The notes beneath the pieces were generated by a model, which had not been told where the DNA came from, did not search any database, and saw nothing but the letters and a program-made list of their open reading frames with translations. DNA of 52,400 nucleotides from a virus. Taxonomy: Duplodnaviria > Caudoviricetes. Positions 9,313 through 19,065 of the stretch are shown piece after piece. The stretch's first letter is position 1, and each line of letters begins with the position of its first letter. The stretch spans positions 1-52,400 of IMG/VR virus record IMGVR_UViG_3300019360_000102, one strand, 5' to 3'. A program made the translations under genes and the position numbers.

Positions 9313-11322
9313 TCAGTACAAGCGAACGTATTTGATCGTTGTGGTCGTCGACTCGACGGTGCCGCGGGCCGACGTTGCGTTATGGCCGAAGATCTGAATG
9401 GTCTTGCTGGCCGTGATGGTGACAACCTCGTCGAGCATGATGATCTCGCGCCCGGAGTTGGTGGACATTGTGACCAGCTTCTCGGCGCCCACGTCGGTCG
9501 AGTCGGTGCTGTTGCGGAGCTTGGCCCGCAGGCTGTCGCCAGCGCCGGCCGCGTCGCCGATGAAGCTCACGCAAGCAAGCACCAGATAGGTACCGGCGGT
9601 CGGAAGCGATACTTCAGCGTCCGTAGTGCCGAAATCTATACGGGCCGTCGTGTTGGTCAGGGTATAGTTGGTGCCAGAACCGGTCACCTGGGCTGAGCGA
9701 TTATGCACCCGGTTGGTTTGACCTGCGCCCTCATTGGACGCCGCGGTACGGTACATCCACTCACTGGAACCAGACCACTGGACCACGCCGGCTGACGGGT
9801 CGGCCGTGGGCGCCGCGGAGCCGGAGATCCAAAAAGTCTGAGTCGCGCTAGCCGGGGCCGCCGATGAAATACCGACCCGCGCATTGCCGGTAACGTCAGT
9901 CGCAAACATTGAGTTGCCGCCTACCGTGAGGTTCATCAGCAACGAGGCCGCGGCCGAGGCCGTATTGGTAACGGCCAGCGAAATGCCGGTAAAGGTGACT
10001 CCAGAGTTATTCCATGTGACCGTTCCGGTGTAGTTTGAGCCGTTCGTATTGGACGTTATGGTTCCGAGTGCAGTCGTAATCTGCCCGGTAGCGAAGAAAG
10101 AAGCACGGGCGGTGGTACTGATCTGGAACTCCATGAACTTGGAGTTTGCGTTGGAAGCTGTGTTGGTGACGTTGACCAGAATATCCGTAAACGTGACACC
10201 GGCGCTGTTCCACGTGACCGTACCGCTGATTGAGGGGGTATTGGTCGTAATGGTGCCACGCGTGAGAAGTAACTGCGGCCCCAACAGTGTGTAGGATGTT
10301 GCATCCCAAGTAGCTAAAAGGACAGCGTTAATCGACAATCCGATGGAGTTGACCGTCGGAAAATAGAGACCGCAGTCAACGTTATCCTCGTACGAAATAG
10401 ACGGCAGCGCAGTCGTGCCTGCCCGGAATCTCAACTGCCCTTGCGTGAAAGTACCGCATGAACCGCCCACGCCGGAACTGAGAGTTTGCACTTGAAGCGA
10501 CGAGGTACGAGTCGCCGTGGTGGGATCAGTCCATAATGCGATTAAGGCGGCAGCCGTCTGGACCGTCGTGTCCGTGGTGGTAAATCGAAAGCGAAGAATA
10601 CCACCAAACAAAGTCGCAGGCGTGGCCGTCGTAGCATGCACCAACGATATTATGTGCAACTGGGTATTGGTATCCGTGCTGTTATGCTGTAGGTACGCAC
10701 CGTTAAGACCAGCGCCGCGTTCTGTTCCGGTAGTAATGGCGCCATCCTTGCGCACGGAAAACTGGCTGGTCCCACCAACCGTCAAATCGATCAGCCTGGA
10801 TTCTGTAGCGGAAGCCGTGTTGGTGACGGCCAGTTTCCAGCCAGTAAAAGTAACTCCAGCGTTATTCCAGGTGACGGTGCCGCTGATGTTGGTCGCCGCC
10901 GAAGTAATAGTGCCTTGAGTGGCCGTGAGAGAAGTGACCAGCAGATCGCCAAAGGCGGCGTCGGTCGGAGCACCGATGAATACTTGAGCATCCGTGCTGG
11001 TGCCGGTCACCAAGATCGGCACTACAAACTGACCAGCCCCGGAAGGTTTGGTTGTAGTGATCGCGCCCGCCGTAGTGGCGGAAAGGTAGTACTGGACGAC
11101 AGGTGTTAGGCCCGTAAGGGTGATAGGCCCGCCGGAAACCAACATAAACGTGTTGGTAGCAGCAACTTCTACTACGCCAGCAACATAGCTCGTACCTATG
11201 GCATCGGCTTTGGCTTTGACGTAAGTGCCATCATTATCGTAAAGAACATCACCAGCAACGAATCCATGCGATGCTTGTGTCACCAACTTCTTTAAGCTTA
11301 GATCTTTGAGAAGATAGGCCAT
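9313..11322 (-). CDS. Tail fibre protein
   Basis: N-terminal VTQASHGFVAGDVLY module; three repeats of GTIT..SGTVTWN.AGVTFT....VTNTAS; Thr/Ser/Gly-rich. Confidence 0.75.
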   Translation of the reverse strand: MAYLLKDLSLKKLVTQASHGFVAGDVLYDNDGTYVKAKADAIGTSYVAGVVEVAATNTFMLVSGGPITLTGLTPVVQYYLSATTAGAITTTKPSGAGQFVVPILVTGTSTDAQVFIGAPTDAAFGDLLVTSLTATQGTITSAATNISGTVTWNNAGVTFTGWKLAVTNTASATESRLIDLTVGGTSQFSVRKDGAITTGTERGAGLNGAYLQHNSTDTNTQLHIISLVHATTATPATLFGGILRFRFTTTDTTVQTAAALIALWTDPTTATRTSSLQVQTLSSGVGGSCGTFTQGQLRFRAGTTALPSISYEDNVDCGLYFPTVNSIGLSINAVLLATWDATSYTLLGPQLLLTRGTITTNTPSISGTVTWNSAGVTFTDILVNVTNTASNANSKFMEFQISTTARASFFATGQITTALGTITSNTNGSNYTGTVTWNNSGVTFTGISLAVTNTASAAASLLMNLTVGGNSMFATDVTGNARVGISSAAPASATQTFWISGSAAPTADPSAGVVQWSGSSEWMYRTAASNEGAGQTNRVHNRSAQVTGSGTNYTLTNTTARIDFGTTDAEVSLPTAGTYLVLACVSFIGDAAGAGDSLRAKLRNSTDSTDVGAEKLVTMSTNSGREIIMLDEVVTITASKTIQIFGHNATSARGTVESTTTTIKYVRLY

Positions 11323-11332
11323 GTTTCTCTAT

Positions 11333-11386
11333 TTGACTCGCTGCCCGGCCAAGAGCAATTTACTCCAGGCCGGGCCGATTGGTCAA
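11333..11386 (-). promoter_or_regulatory. sigma70-like promoter inside an imperfect inverted repeat
   Basis: TTGACC-N18-TAAATT; arms TTGAC/GTCAA and GCCCGGCC/GGCCGGGC flank the -10 box. Confidence 0.5.
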
Positions 11387-11395
11387 GATTGTGGA

Positions 11396-13129
11396 TTATA
11401 CCACCAGCCAGGTTGACCCATCAGAGATTAGCGTGACAGCTTCACCTTGAGATAGATCCAGAGTGTTGACAGCTTCATTGCTGTAAATTTGGCCCAGACT
11501 CGTCGCATCGATCGTAACTACCGCGGCGTTCTTGTTCTTGAACGTAAGGGTGACCCCAGTGTTACTGGAGGCCGCGATGAGTGTGATTGTGAATGGAGTA
11601 GTAGCATGATTGCCGATTATCACCCGATCAGCAGCCGTGACCGTATAGGTCGTAGTCTTGATCGAGGTTGTCTGCACCAAGCCTGTCGAGACAGACAAGG
11701 TACCGCCGGCCAGGGTCAGGTTTGAGCCAATCGAGATTTGCTCGACGTTGCCCGTACCGGCAGTGCTACGACCAAGCAAAACTCCCGTCGAAATCTGCTG
11801 AAACTTGGCGAACGTTACGGCATTAAGCGCAATCGTGGTTGCTGAATTGCTGGTGGAAACCGTGGTGACATCGCCAGTTAATGGACCTGCCTGCTTCTCA
11901 GAGTCGAGTTCGTTAATTGCAGCCTGAACCGTTATGGCAGCTATGTTACCCGCTGGCGTGTTAGTGACCTGTGCTGCGGTGTAATCGCCAGATTGCGCCG
12001 TAACCGTGCCTATACGGCCGAATACCGACATGACCGCATCGGAATTGTCGACCTTTTGCCAGAGTGATTCCGTAGCCGAGTCGGTAAAAGTTACATTGTT
12101 GATGACCCAGTCGCCGACCTCAAATGAAATATCGCCATCTCCGAAATCGACCGTGCCGGCCACGGACACGACATAATAGTACCCGGGTTTGTCGGTGTCA
12201 GTATTGTCCAGCGCGGGCGTGTTGGTGCTTGCGTTCCAGAGGCCCCGAAAGTTCACCTGTCCGACCGCGAAGTCGGGCAGTTGCGACACCGGCAGCTTAC
12301 CGCCAGCGTCCAATGTGGCCACACCACTCGGATCACCATAATCAGAAAGTTGCGTCGATCCGACGATCAGAATGTCCTGCTGGCTTGCCGCCGTGATGAG
12401 ACCTTTGGCATTGACCGTGAAGGTCGGCGTCTTGGAGGCTGTGCCGAATGTGCCGACGTTCGCATTGACCGTCGCCAACGTAACCGTGATTGCGCCCGTA
12501 CCGGAACCTGAAGCGTCACCGCTCAACGTGATGGTTTGGTCACCCGTATTGGTACCCGTGATGCTAGCTGTGCCAGTCACCGTCAAGGTGAATGTGCTAA
12601 GCGTCAGGGTGCCAGTGCCAGTCGTGATCGTATTGCCATTAACGGACGACGGCGTAATAGCGCCAAGTGACAGCGTAATCGTGCCAGAAGTCGTGATGGG
12701 CGAGCCCGATACACCAATACCGTTGTTACCGGCCACGGCAACGCTGGTGACTGTGCCGGACACGCCGGCAGGTTCCGGGGTCTCGATGTTGACGTACGCC
12801 CTGGTGGACGTTCCGGTGCGGTACACTGGCACGACGAACTGCCCGGCCGTTGTGGGCTTAGTCGTGGTGGTCGTGCCGGCCGTGGTGGGCGATAGGTAAT
12901 AGGCAACGCCGGCGGTTAGGCCGGTTAGCTTGATCTCACCATTGGTAACCAGTACGAAGCTGTCTGTTGATGCAGATTCAACGACGCCGACTGGCACAGA
13001 AGTGGCCAAAGCATTGGCTTGTGCCTTTGTCCATGTTCCGTCGGCGTTGTACAAGACATCGCCAGCCACGAAGCCGTGGGCGGCCTGCGTGACACGTGTG
13101 ATGCTGCGGGGTGTGGGTAGAAATGCCAT
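11396..13129 (-). CDS. Tail fibre protein
   Basis: VTQAAHGFVAGDVLY module; fibre motifs GTVTSVAV, FTVNAKGLITAAS, GVATLDAGGKLPVSQLP, SVFGRIGTVTAQSGDY; C-terminus shared with 13136..15142. Confidence 0.85.
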   Translation of the reverse strand: MAFLPTPRSITRVTQAAHGFVAGDVLYNADGTWTKAQANALATSVPVGVVESASTDSFVLVTNGEIKLTGLTAGVAYYLSPTTAGTTTTTKPTTAGQFVVPVYRTGTSTRAYVNIETPEPAGVSGTVTSVAVAGNNGIGVSGSPITTSGTITLSLGAITPSSVNGNTITTGTGTLTLSTFTLTVTGTASITGTNTGDQTITLSGDASGSGTGAITVTLATVNANVGTFGTASKTPTFTVNAKGLITAASQQDILIVGSTQLSDYGDPSGVATLDAGGKLPVSQLPDFAVGQVNFRGLWNASTNTPALDNTDTDKPGYYYVVSVAGTVDFGDGDISFEVGDWVINNVTFTDSATESLWQKVDNSDAVMSVFGRIGTVTAQSGDYTAAQVTNTPAGNIAAITVQAAINELDSEKQAGPLTGDVTTVSTSNSATTIALNAVTFAKFQQISTGVLLGRSTAGTGNVEQISIGSNLTLAGGTLSVSTGLVQTTSIKTTTYTVTAADRVIIGNHATTPFTITLIAASSNTGVTLTFKNKNAAVVTIDATSLGQIYSNEAVNTLDLSQGEAVTLISDGSTWLVV

Positions 13130-13135
13130 AAAATA

Positions 13136-15142
13136 TTACAATACGAGCCATTGAACTCCGTCCGAATAAAGATCTAAGGACTCGCCGAGGTTGAGATTTA
13201 CGGACGACACAAAAGAAGTAGTCAAGATCTGTTCCGCCCCATCAGCCGCGACAGTGACCGTCGCATTGTTGCGATTCTTGATCGATACGTATTGCTTGTT
13301 AGCGCCAGCCACAGGGGGCAACGTAATGGTGAACGCGACCGTAGCATGATCTCCAATGACGATACGATCGGTAGCCAGGACCGTGTAGGTTGTCGTGACA
13401 ACCGTAGCCGTCAGATAGACGCCGCCAGTCAAAGTCAGCGTACCCGTCGAGATATTGGCTGGAGAAAATGTCCCTGCGACCGTCAGGTTGTTACAGAAGA
13501 AATTCGCGTAGGCCGAATCGTCGGCCAGGCGGGCGTGCAAGTCCGCGCTGCTACGCTTCAAGGCCGGGAAGCTGGATGTGGTGCCGCCAAACTGGAGGCG
13601 GCCGAAGTCGGTGCCAGCGTTATCGGTCAACATGATCCGACCGTCAGCCGGAGACTGTATCTTGGTCCGGCTCGTGAAGGTATAGAAATTGGACGAGTCG
13701 ACCGTGACGTTCAGGGCTTCTAGCGCCGCGTAGTTCGAATCGTTGGCCAGCCGAACCTGCAGAATCGTAGTGCTGCGCTTCAGGGCCGGGAATGAAGCTG
13801 AGGTACCTCCAAACTGGAGGAGCGAGAAGTCAGACCCCGCGTTGTTGACCAGCAGGATGTTACCGTCGGCGGGGCTTTGCAGCTTAGAGCGGCTGGAGAA
13901 TATGAAGCTGTTCCCGGACTGGACCGTGAGATCTAGGGCCACCAGGGGAGCGAAGGCCGAATCATCGGCCAGTTTGACATGCAAGGCAGTCAGTACACGT
14001 TTGAGCGCCGGGAAGCTGGACGTGGTGCCGCCAAACTGAAGGCGATCCCAGTCGTTCTGGGCAAAGTTGGTGAGCTTTGCGCAAGCGGCCGTGGTGGCCG
14101 CCAGAAAGACTTCGGTACTGTCGCCGAGGTATATGCCCTGCGGGGACCAGGTCTTACGGGTGTCGTCAACCTGAAAAGCCACGATGCCTGCAACCCGAAA
14201 CTCGCAAGGGTCACTGGCAGCCTCCACATCAATCGTCATGCCGACGTTGGAACTACCTGAAGCAAAGATCCCAACGCGGCCAGTGGCGTCTATGGTGAAG
14301 TTGAAATTATCGTCTTCGTCGTTAACGACAAAAATTTCGGCAGTCTGGCCCGTAACGGCATCTACCCGTAACTGGTTAACGTCGCTAATACCGTTGATGA
14401 AGGTATCGGCGGCATCAAGGCCAGCCAGGGCAGAATCGTTAGCCAGCCGAACCTGGAGACGGGGACCGCTGTGCTTAATGGCAGGGAAGCTGGCCGTCTC
14501 GCCACCGAGCATGATTCGGCCGGCGTTGAATAAATGACCTGTGTTGTAGAACTGCTGGATCGTAGTACCCGCGTTGTTGGCAACCTGGGTAATCGCTGCC
14601 GTCTGGGTCGTGTGGGCCGCCACCTTCAGCTGGAGGACGTCCGCGCGACCAGTGACTTCAACGCCACTAGTGGCATTGACCCGGAACATACTGGCGCTCG
14701 CGTTAGTGGCGACTTGAAAAATCGGAACCGACTGGCCCACTGCGGCCAGGACACGGAATTGCACCGCATCGGCGTAACCAGTTATCGCCGTGCCGCCAGT
14801 TGAACCGGACGTGAAGAAAGGGGTGGTGTCGCCAGCTCGAAGCTCGAACACGATTCCGGCAGTCTGTGTAGAATGCTCCCGGACAACGAGTTGTCGAGTG
14901 TCTGCCGAGCCATTGACGACCAGCGCACCAGTCATGGTGTCACCAGTCTTGTTAACCTTATTGGCAACAGCGGCCAGGGCGGCCGTGGCTACCACGTTAG
15001 CATTGTTGGCCGTCGTAAGGGCGGCTAACGCATTGTCGCGAGCCTCCTGCAGACTATCAATCAGATCTCCAAACTGTTGCTGGGTAGGCTGATCGTTGGT
15101 CTCAAAATAGCTTTTAAGGACTGTGGCGTTTTGAGCCGGCAT
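13136..15142 (-). CDS. Tail fibre protein
   Basis: LKSYFETNDQPTQQQFGDLIDSL N-terminus, KTGDTMTGAL motif, four FGGTTSSFPALKR..LADDS-type repeats. Confidence 0.85.
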   Translation of the reverse strand: MPAQNATVLKSYFETNDQPTQQQFGDLIDSLQEARDNALAALTTANNANVVATAALAAVANKVNKTGDTMTGALVVNGSADTRQLVVREHSTQTAGIVFELRAGDTTPFFTSGSTGGTAITGYADAVQFRVLAAVGQSVPIFQVATNASASMFRVNATSGVEVTGRADVLQLKVAAHTTQTAAITQVANNAGTTIQQFYNTGHLFNAGRIMLGGETASFPAIKHSGPRLQVRLANDSALAGLDAADTFINGISDVNQLRVDAVTGQTAEIFVVNDEDDNFNFTIDATGRVGIFASGSSNVGMTIDVEAASDPCEFRVAGIVAFQVDDTRKTWSPQGIYLGDSTEVFLAATTAACAKLTNFAQNDWDRLQFGGTTSSFPALKRVLTALHVKLADDSAFAPLVALDLTVQSGNSFIFSSRSKLQSPADGNILLVNNAGSDFSLLQFGGTSASFPALKRSTTILQVRLANDSNYAALEALNVTVDSSNFYTFTSRTKIQSPADGRIMLTDNAGTDFGRLQFGGTTSSFPALKRSSADLHARLADDSAYANFFCNNLTVAGTFSPANISTGTLTLTGGVYLTATVVTTTYTVLATDRIVIGDHATVAFTITLPPVAGANKQYVSIKNRNNATVTVAADGAEQILTTSFVSSVNLNLGESLDLYSDGVQWLVL

Positions 15143-15148
15143 GTCCCA

Positions 15149-15177
15149 ATCTTACGCGATGGGGTAGTCGACGTCAA
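15149..15177 (-). promoter_or_regulatory. sigma70-like promoter, predicted leaderless
   Basis: TTGACG-N17-TAAGAT-N6-ATG(15142). Confidence 0.75.
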
Positions 15178-15182
15178 CGCTG

Positions 15183-15506
15183 TTACGTCGGGTTGACCGA
15201 CACAGGATTACGCTGAGCTTTTTCGTTAAACAGCGCGCTATAGCGGTTCAGTATGCGAACCGCCGTCCACAGGATTTCGGAGTCATGACACCAGTTACCA
15301 TACTCGCCGCTTTTATGGTCATCTTCCGTGGCTCGTTCAGCCAGCGTGTTTATCATGACCGCCATGCCAGTGCATTCATCGATTGCCGCCACTACTGACC
15401 TCACGGCCTTGATGGAGCCGTCAGGCTGTAGCTGTATTTTTAGCGGCTCTCCACTTGCCAGCATTCGCTCCAGTTCTTCGATGGTCGGCCTACGTTCATT
15501 ACTCAT
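15183..15506 (-). CDS. Hypothetical protein
   Basis: ORF track; start moved to MSNERR, downstream of GAAAGGAAAC. Confidence 0.55.
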   Translation of the reverse strand: MSNERRPTIEELERMLASGEPLKIQLQPDGSIKAVRSVVAAIDECTGMAVMINTLAERATEDDHKSGEYGNWCHDSEILWTAVRILNRYSALFNEKAQRNPVSVNPT

Positions 15507-15531
15507 AAGAGTTTCCTTTCGTCTTGTTGCA

Positions 15532-16242
15532 CTACACACCCATAGTCACGGGATTGCGCTGAGCTTCAAGCCATTCTACGAAGCCGTCAACAGTCCAGAG
15601 CTCACGGCCCTCGGGCTGGGGGCGGGTATCGTTCCAAATGACCTCGCTGTCAGGACATTCGCGGTCTAGCCTGATGGCCATCTGTTCCGATGTATCATTG
15701 TCGGCGGCTTCATCGTAGTGTTCAATACGCGCCCGACGAGTCTCGGGGCTGCACTGCACGTGAAAGTGGCGGAAGCCCGCCGCGGCGAGCGGGGCAAACT
15801 CATGGTCGAATCTGGCATTGACGATCCCGACGCCGGTCTTGACGTAGGTATCGTCTCGCATGTCAGGCCGATTTAGCGCGATGTCCACCCAGAAAGAGCG
15901 GACGCGACCATAGTTGTCCCAATTGACCCCTTGGAACAGACGCTCGCTGCGGAATATACTCGGACCATCTTTACGAAGACGATCAACCCACATGGCTCGC
16001 TCGGGCGTCAAGGGATACTTCTCATTGACGGCACCCCATCCCCATTGGCCAACGGCTTGCATGAACGGTCGCACACCGGGGAGGGACTTATCAGCACTGC
16101 CGAAGTAATGCTTGCAGATTATGTAGATCGGATCAGCGAAGCCAACAATCGAAAGGCCAGAACGGCCGGCAACGAAGTCTTTGCCGGCGCGAAGCCGGCC
16201 GCTGAAGGCGATTTTTAACATCGAAATTTTGGTGTTGCTCAC
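15532..16242 (-). CDS. Deoxynucleoside monophosphate kinase
   Basis: P-loop IAFSGRLRAGKD, FADPI, R..MQAVG and NARFDHE motifs of T4 gp1-like dNMP kinases; GTG start chosen from promoter spacing. Confidence 0.8.
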   Translation of the reverse strand: MSNTKISMLKIAFSGRLRAGKDFVAGRSGLSIVGFADPIYIICKHYFGSADKSLPGVRPFMQAVGQWGWGAVNEKYPLTPERAMWVDRLRKDGPSIFRSERLFQGVNWDNYGRVRSFWVDIALNRPDMRDDTYVKTGVGIVNARFDHEFAPLAAAGFRHFHVQCSPETRRARIEHYDEAADNDTSEQMAIRLDRECPDSEVIWNDTRPQPEGRELWTVDGFVEWLEAQRNPVTMGV

Positions 16243-16248
16243 GGTGTG

Positions 16249-16290
16249 AAAATAGCACAACGCCATCTGCTGTCAAACAGATGGCGTTGT
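16249..16290 (-). promoter_or_regulatory. Extended -10 promoter overlapping a 13-bp perfect inverted repeat
   Basis: TTGACA-N16(..TGC)-TATTTT-N6-GTG; ACAACGCCATCTG-N8-CAGATGGCGTTGT (16257-16290) holds the -35 in its loop. Confidence 0.6.
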
Positions 16291-16305
16291 CTTCTTGTGG
16301 AAAAC

Positions 16306-17547
16306 TTACGCGTGTAGCTTTTCGGCTTCCTTGACCGAGCGGATCTTCGCTTCGGTGTCTTCATCGTTGTGGAACCGAAGCGCCTTGTCGGCCAGAACCT
16401 TGACCGCAGGACCGTTGTCGTAGCGAATGTCCTGAACGGCATGGACCAGCGTGGCCAACGTCTTCTCGGACACGGCATGAACCTCGGCACCAACAACCCC
16501 GGCGGCCTCTCTGGCCTTCGGGGCCACACGGAAGATCATTCGACCAACTCCACCGAGTACGCCGTCAACGACGGCACTGAGCGGGGCGAGCGCCGGGAAG
16601 AACAGGGCGGCAACCTTGAGTCCTACGCCAAGTAATCCAACGAACAACGCAAGGAAGAATAGTTTCTTGACGAATTTCCAAAGATCGTGGAACGGATTGA
16701 TAGAGTTGAGGAAAGAATTTTCTTGATCCCACTTGGCGGCCTTGTTGGCATTAGAGATGAACTTCTCGTCGCGGGCCTCCTCAACCTTTTTGAGCTTCTC
16801 CTCCAATTCAAGGTTGCGCCGCTCCAGAGACACAATATCCTTTTCGCGTCGAGCCAGCTCGGCCTGCCCGTTCCGCTGAAGCTCGGCGTTGGCGCTGAGC
16901 AGGTCGTCGACCATCCGCTGCAGCTTCAGGGCTTCCTCGACCGGCGGGTTACCAAGGGCCAGGTTCGCACGATCATTCAGGACCTTGGCTACCTTAACTT
17001 CAGGGCTTGGGTTGGGAACGCGGCTTAGGGCCTCTTTGGTGCCATACACGAAGTCTCGGCCCTTGTCGGTGCGTTCCTGCTGGTTTTCGACCAGCTGGGT
17101 CTTGGCCTTGTCGACTTTAGCCAGTTCTTTCGACTGGCGGTATTGGGTCAACATGCCGCCGCAGCCTGTAAAAGTAAAGAGCACGGTGGCTACCGTGGCA
17201 GTGCCGACAAACTTACGCCACCAAGACTTCTTAGGTACAGGGGCCGGTGCTGGGGCAGCAACGGGCACCGTTGGGGCTTTGGGGATGGTTGGAGCCGGAG
17301 GCGGCTCGGTAAGAGTTAGCTCTTTGAACTGTCGCATACCTAGTAGGTTATAGATGAGGTTGACCTGTCGTTCTGCTTTGCGGAAGTAATCACGAGCCGC
17401 AATCAGGTCTCCGTTCTCGATAGCGTCAGAGCAGCGCTCCAACAACTTCTCGATAGGTGAAACGGCGTCTTCGAGGCGGACCTCAAGAGCCGATAGGCTT
17501 TTGCTCAGCTCCGTTTCCAGCGGATGCGGTTTTGGACTTTGACTCAT
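16306..17547 (-). CDS. Membrane coiled-coil protein with internal lipobox (spanin-like topology)
   Basis: KKSWWRKFVGTATVATVLFTFTGC signal/lipobox, long coiled coil, hydrophobic LFFLALFVGLLGVGLKVAALFFP segment. Confidence 0.5.
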   Translation of the reverse strand: MSQSPKPHPLETELSKSLSALEVRLEDAVSPIEKLLERCSDAIENGDLIAARDYFRKAERQVNLIYNLLGMRQFKELTLTEPPPAPTIPKAPTVPVAAPAPAPVPKKSWWRKFVGTATVATVLFTFTGCGGMLTQYRQSKELAKVDKAKTQLVENQQERTDKGRDFVYGTKEALSRVPNPSPEVKVAKVLNDRANLALGNPPVEEALKLQRMVDDLLSANAELQRNGQAELARREKDIVSLERRNLELEEKLKKVEEARDEKFISNANKAAKWDQENSFLNSINPFHDLWKFVKKLFFLALFVGLLGVGLKVAALFFPALAPLSAVVDGVLGGVGRMIFRVAPKAREAAGVVGAEVHAVSEKTLATLVHAVQDIRYDNGPAVKVLADKALRFHNDEDTEAKIRSVKEAEKLHA

Positions 17548-17649
17548 GTTGCTTCTTTGCGGGTTTCTGCTGTTCCCGCTCGATGTTAACGAGAGCAGGC
17601 TGCAGCGCAGCACAAAGTTGCATCAAGGTTGAGGTTTTGGCAAGAGCTT

Positions 17650-18099
17650 TCATTTCGGCTGAGTATGCTCATGATGTGGTTTGTTGTCGTCCCACAGAAA
17701 CTTCTTCTCAGCCCACGCCCAGCCAAGTCCAATAGCGCCAGTCACTAAGGCGCCGATGATTAACCATCTCCAGTGCTTAAATCCTTTCTTCAAGTCACTG
17801 CGAGTTTCCTTCAGGGATTTCACGTCGTCCGTGATGGAGACTAGCGAAAGATCAACAGCATCCATGCGGCCGTCACCGGTCTTGAGCTGCGCCTGGATCT
17901 CAGATAGCGTGACCTTCGCGGCATCGATGGCAGCCTCAGCCAAAAGCACCCGGGCCAGCAGCCCTTGTTGAGAGCCGTCTTCGGTGCCGACTAGCGCCTG
18001 ACGCACACGCTCCAGGGTCTCTTTGATCGGTCCTTCGATTTCCATGAGCCGCTGCTTGAGTAGCTCGATCTCGGTGCCGTTTGATAACTTGCGGGGCAT
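17650..18099 (-). CDS. Coiled-coil protein with C-terminal TM helix (possibly lysis-related)
   Basis: Heptad pattern followed by WRWLIIGALVTGAIGLGWAWA. Confidence 0.5.
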   Translation of the reverse strand: MPRKLSNGTEIELLKQRLMEIEGPIKETLERVRQALVGTEDGSQQGLLARVLLAEAAIDAAKVTLSEIQAQLKTGDGRMDAVDLSLVSITDDVKSLKETRSDLKKGFKHWRWLIIGALVTGAIGLGWAWAEKKFLWDDNKPHHEHTQPK

Positions 18100-18103
18100 A
18101 GTC

Positions 18104-19063
18104 TTACGGAATGTAACCTATTAGCGATAATGTGCAGCTGCTATAGGAGGACGTATTTTGAATCTGCACGGATTTCGGCGCCCCGGGATCGACGGGATGG
18201 AAAAATGAATAACCAGACGTGTCAGGCGCGGTAGATGCTTCGATGTACGAACAAAGATGCGCAGGCGAAGATGAATTTGTGCGCATGAAAAATCGTGGGC
18301 CGTTACTGCCAGTAGCGCGTACATCGAGCTGAAAAATGCCAAACCTGAATGGCGTGCCGGCCAGCGCCGGTACGAGCGCGTCTATGTCCAAGGTGGTGAA
18401 TGCGGCGTGATCGCCTGTCGTGAGTGTGACCGGAGACGCCAGATATACCGGATCGAAAAAGCTACTTCCGGTATTAACCGAAACGGCTTTTTGCAGCATG
18501 ATTAGTCCGCTATTGGCAGAAACGCCAAAGAGAACGGGGGTGACGTATTCGCCGCCACTGCTTGGAACTGTCGTGGTGAGATCGCCAGCAGTGGTTGGTG
18601 ACACGTAGTGCCAACTGCCGGGCGTTACCGCAAAGGGCAGACTCGTAGCCAGGCCCGCTGTTGACAAGATGAACTGGTTGACCGTGACAGACTCCTTGAC
18701 CATGCCGACGGCCTGGGCGGTGGCCAGCGCGTCGGCCCTGGCCAGGACGTACTGCCCGGATACATTTACTGATAAAACATCACCGACCGCAAAACCGTGG
18801 GACACTTGGGTGATAGGGATCTGAAAAGACAAGGCGTCAAACCACTGGGTAGCAAATCCATCTGCAGTTGTACGCATCAACTGGAATGGACTCCCGGGCG
18901 TGAGCTTGGTGATAGGTAGTGCGCCGTTCGGGACTTTGTCGGCCGTAACGGAGGAGTCCTCGATCTCCAGAAGGGTGTCGATTAAGTCGACAAAGTCGGC
19001 ACCGTCCGGCTTGTCCGCATTCTGGAACCGGCTCTTGAGTTCTGAGATGGGGCGGATGGGCAT
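18104..19063 (-). CDS. Fibre-like virion protein
   Basis: LKSRFQNADKPDGADFVDLIDTL N-terminus plus ITQVSHGFAVGDVL module. Confidence 0.7.
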   Translation of the reverse strand: MPIRPISELKSRFQNADKPDGADFVDLIDTLLEIEDSSVTADKVPNGALPITKLTPGSPFQLMRTTADGFATQWFDALSFQIPITQVSHGFAVGDVLSVNVSGQYVLARADALATAQAVGMVKESVTVNQFILSTAGLATSLPFAVTPGSWHYVSPTTAGDLTTTVPSSGGEYVTPVLFGVSANSGLIMLQKAVSVNTGSSFFDPVYLASPVTLTTGDHAAFTTLDIDALVPALAGTPFRFGIFQLDVRATGSNGPRFFMRTNSSSPAHLCSYIEASTAPDTSGYSFFHPVDPGAPKSVQIQNTSSYSSCTLSLIGYIP

Positions 19064-19065
19064 AA

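Noticed and set aside
2205-15142. Diversity-generating retroelement or invertase shufflon acting on fibres
   Set aside because: No reverse transcriptase or recombinase, no adenine-specific TR/VR pair and no inverted cassettes were seen in the window.
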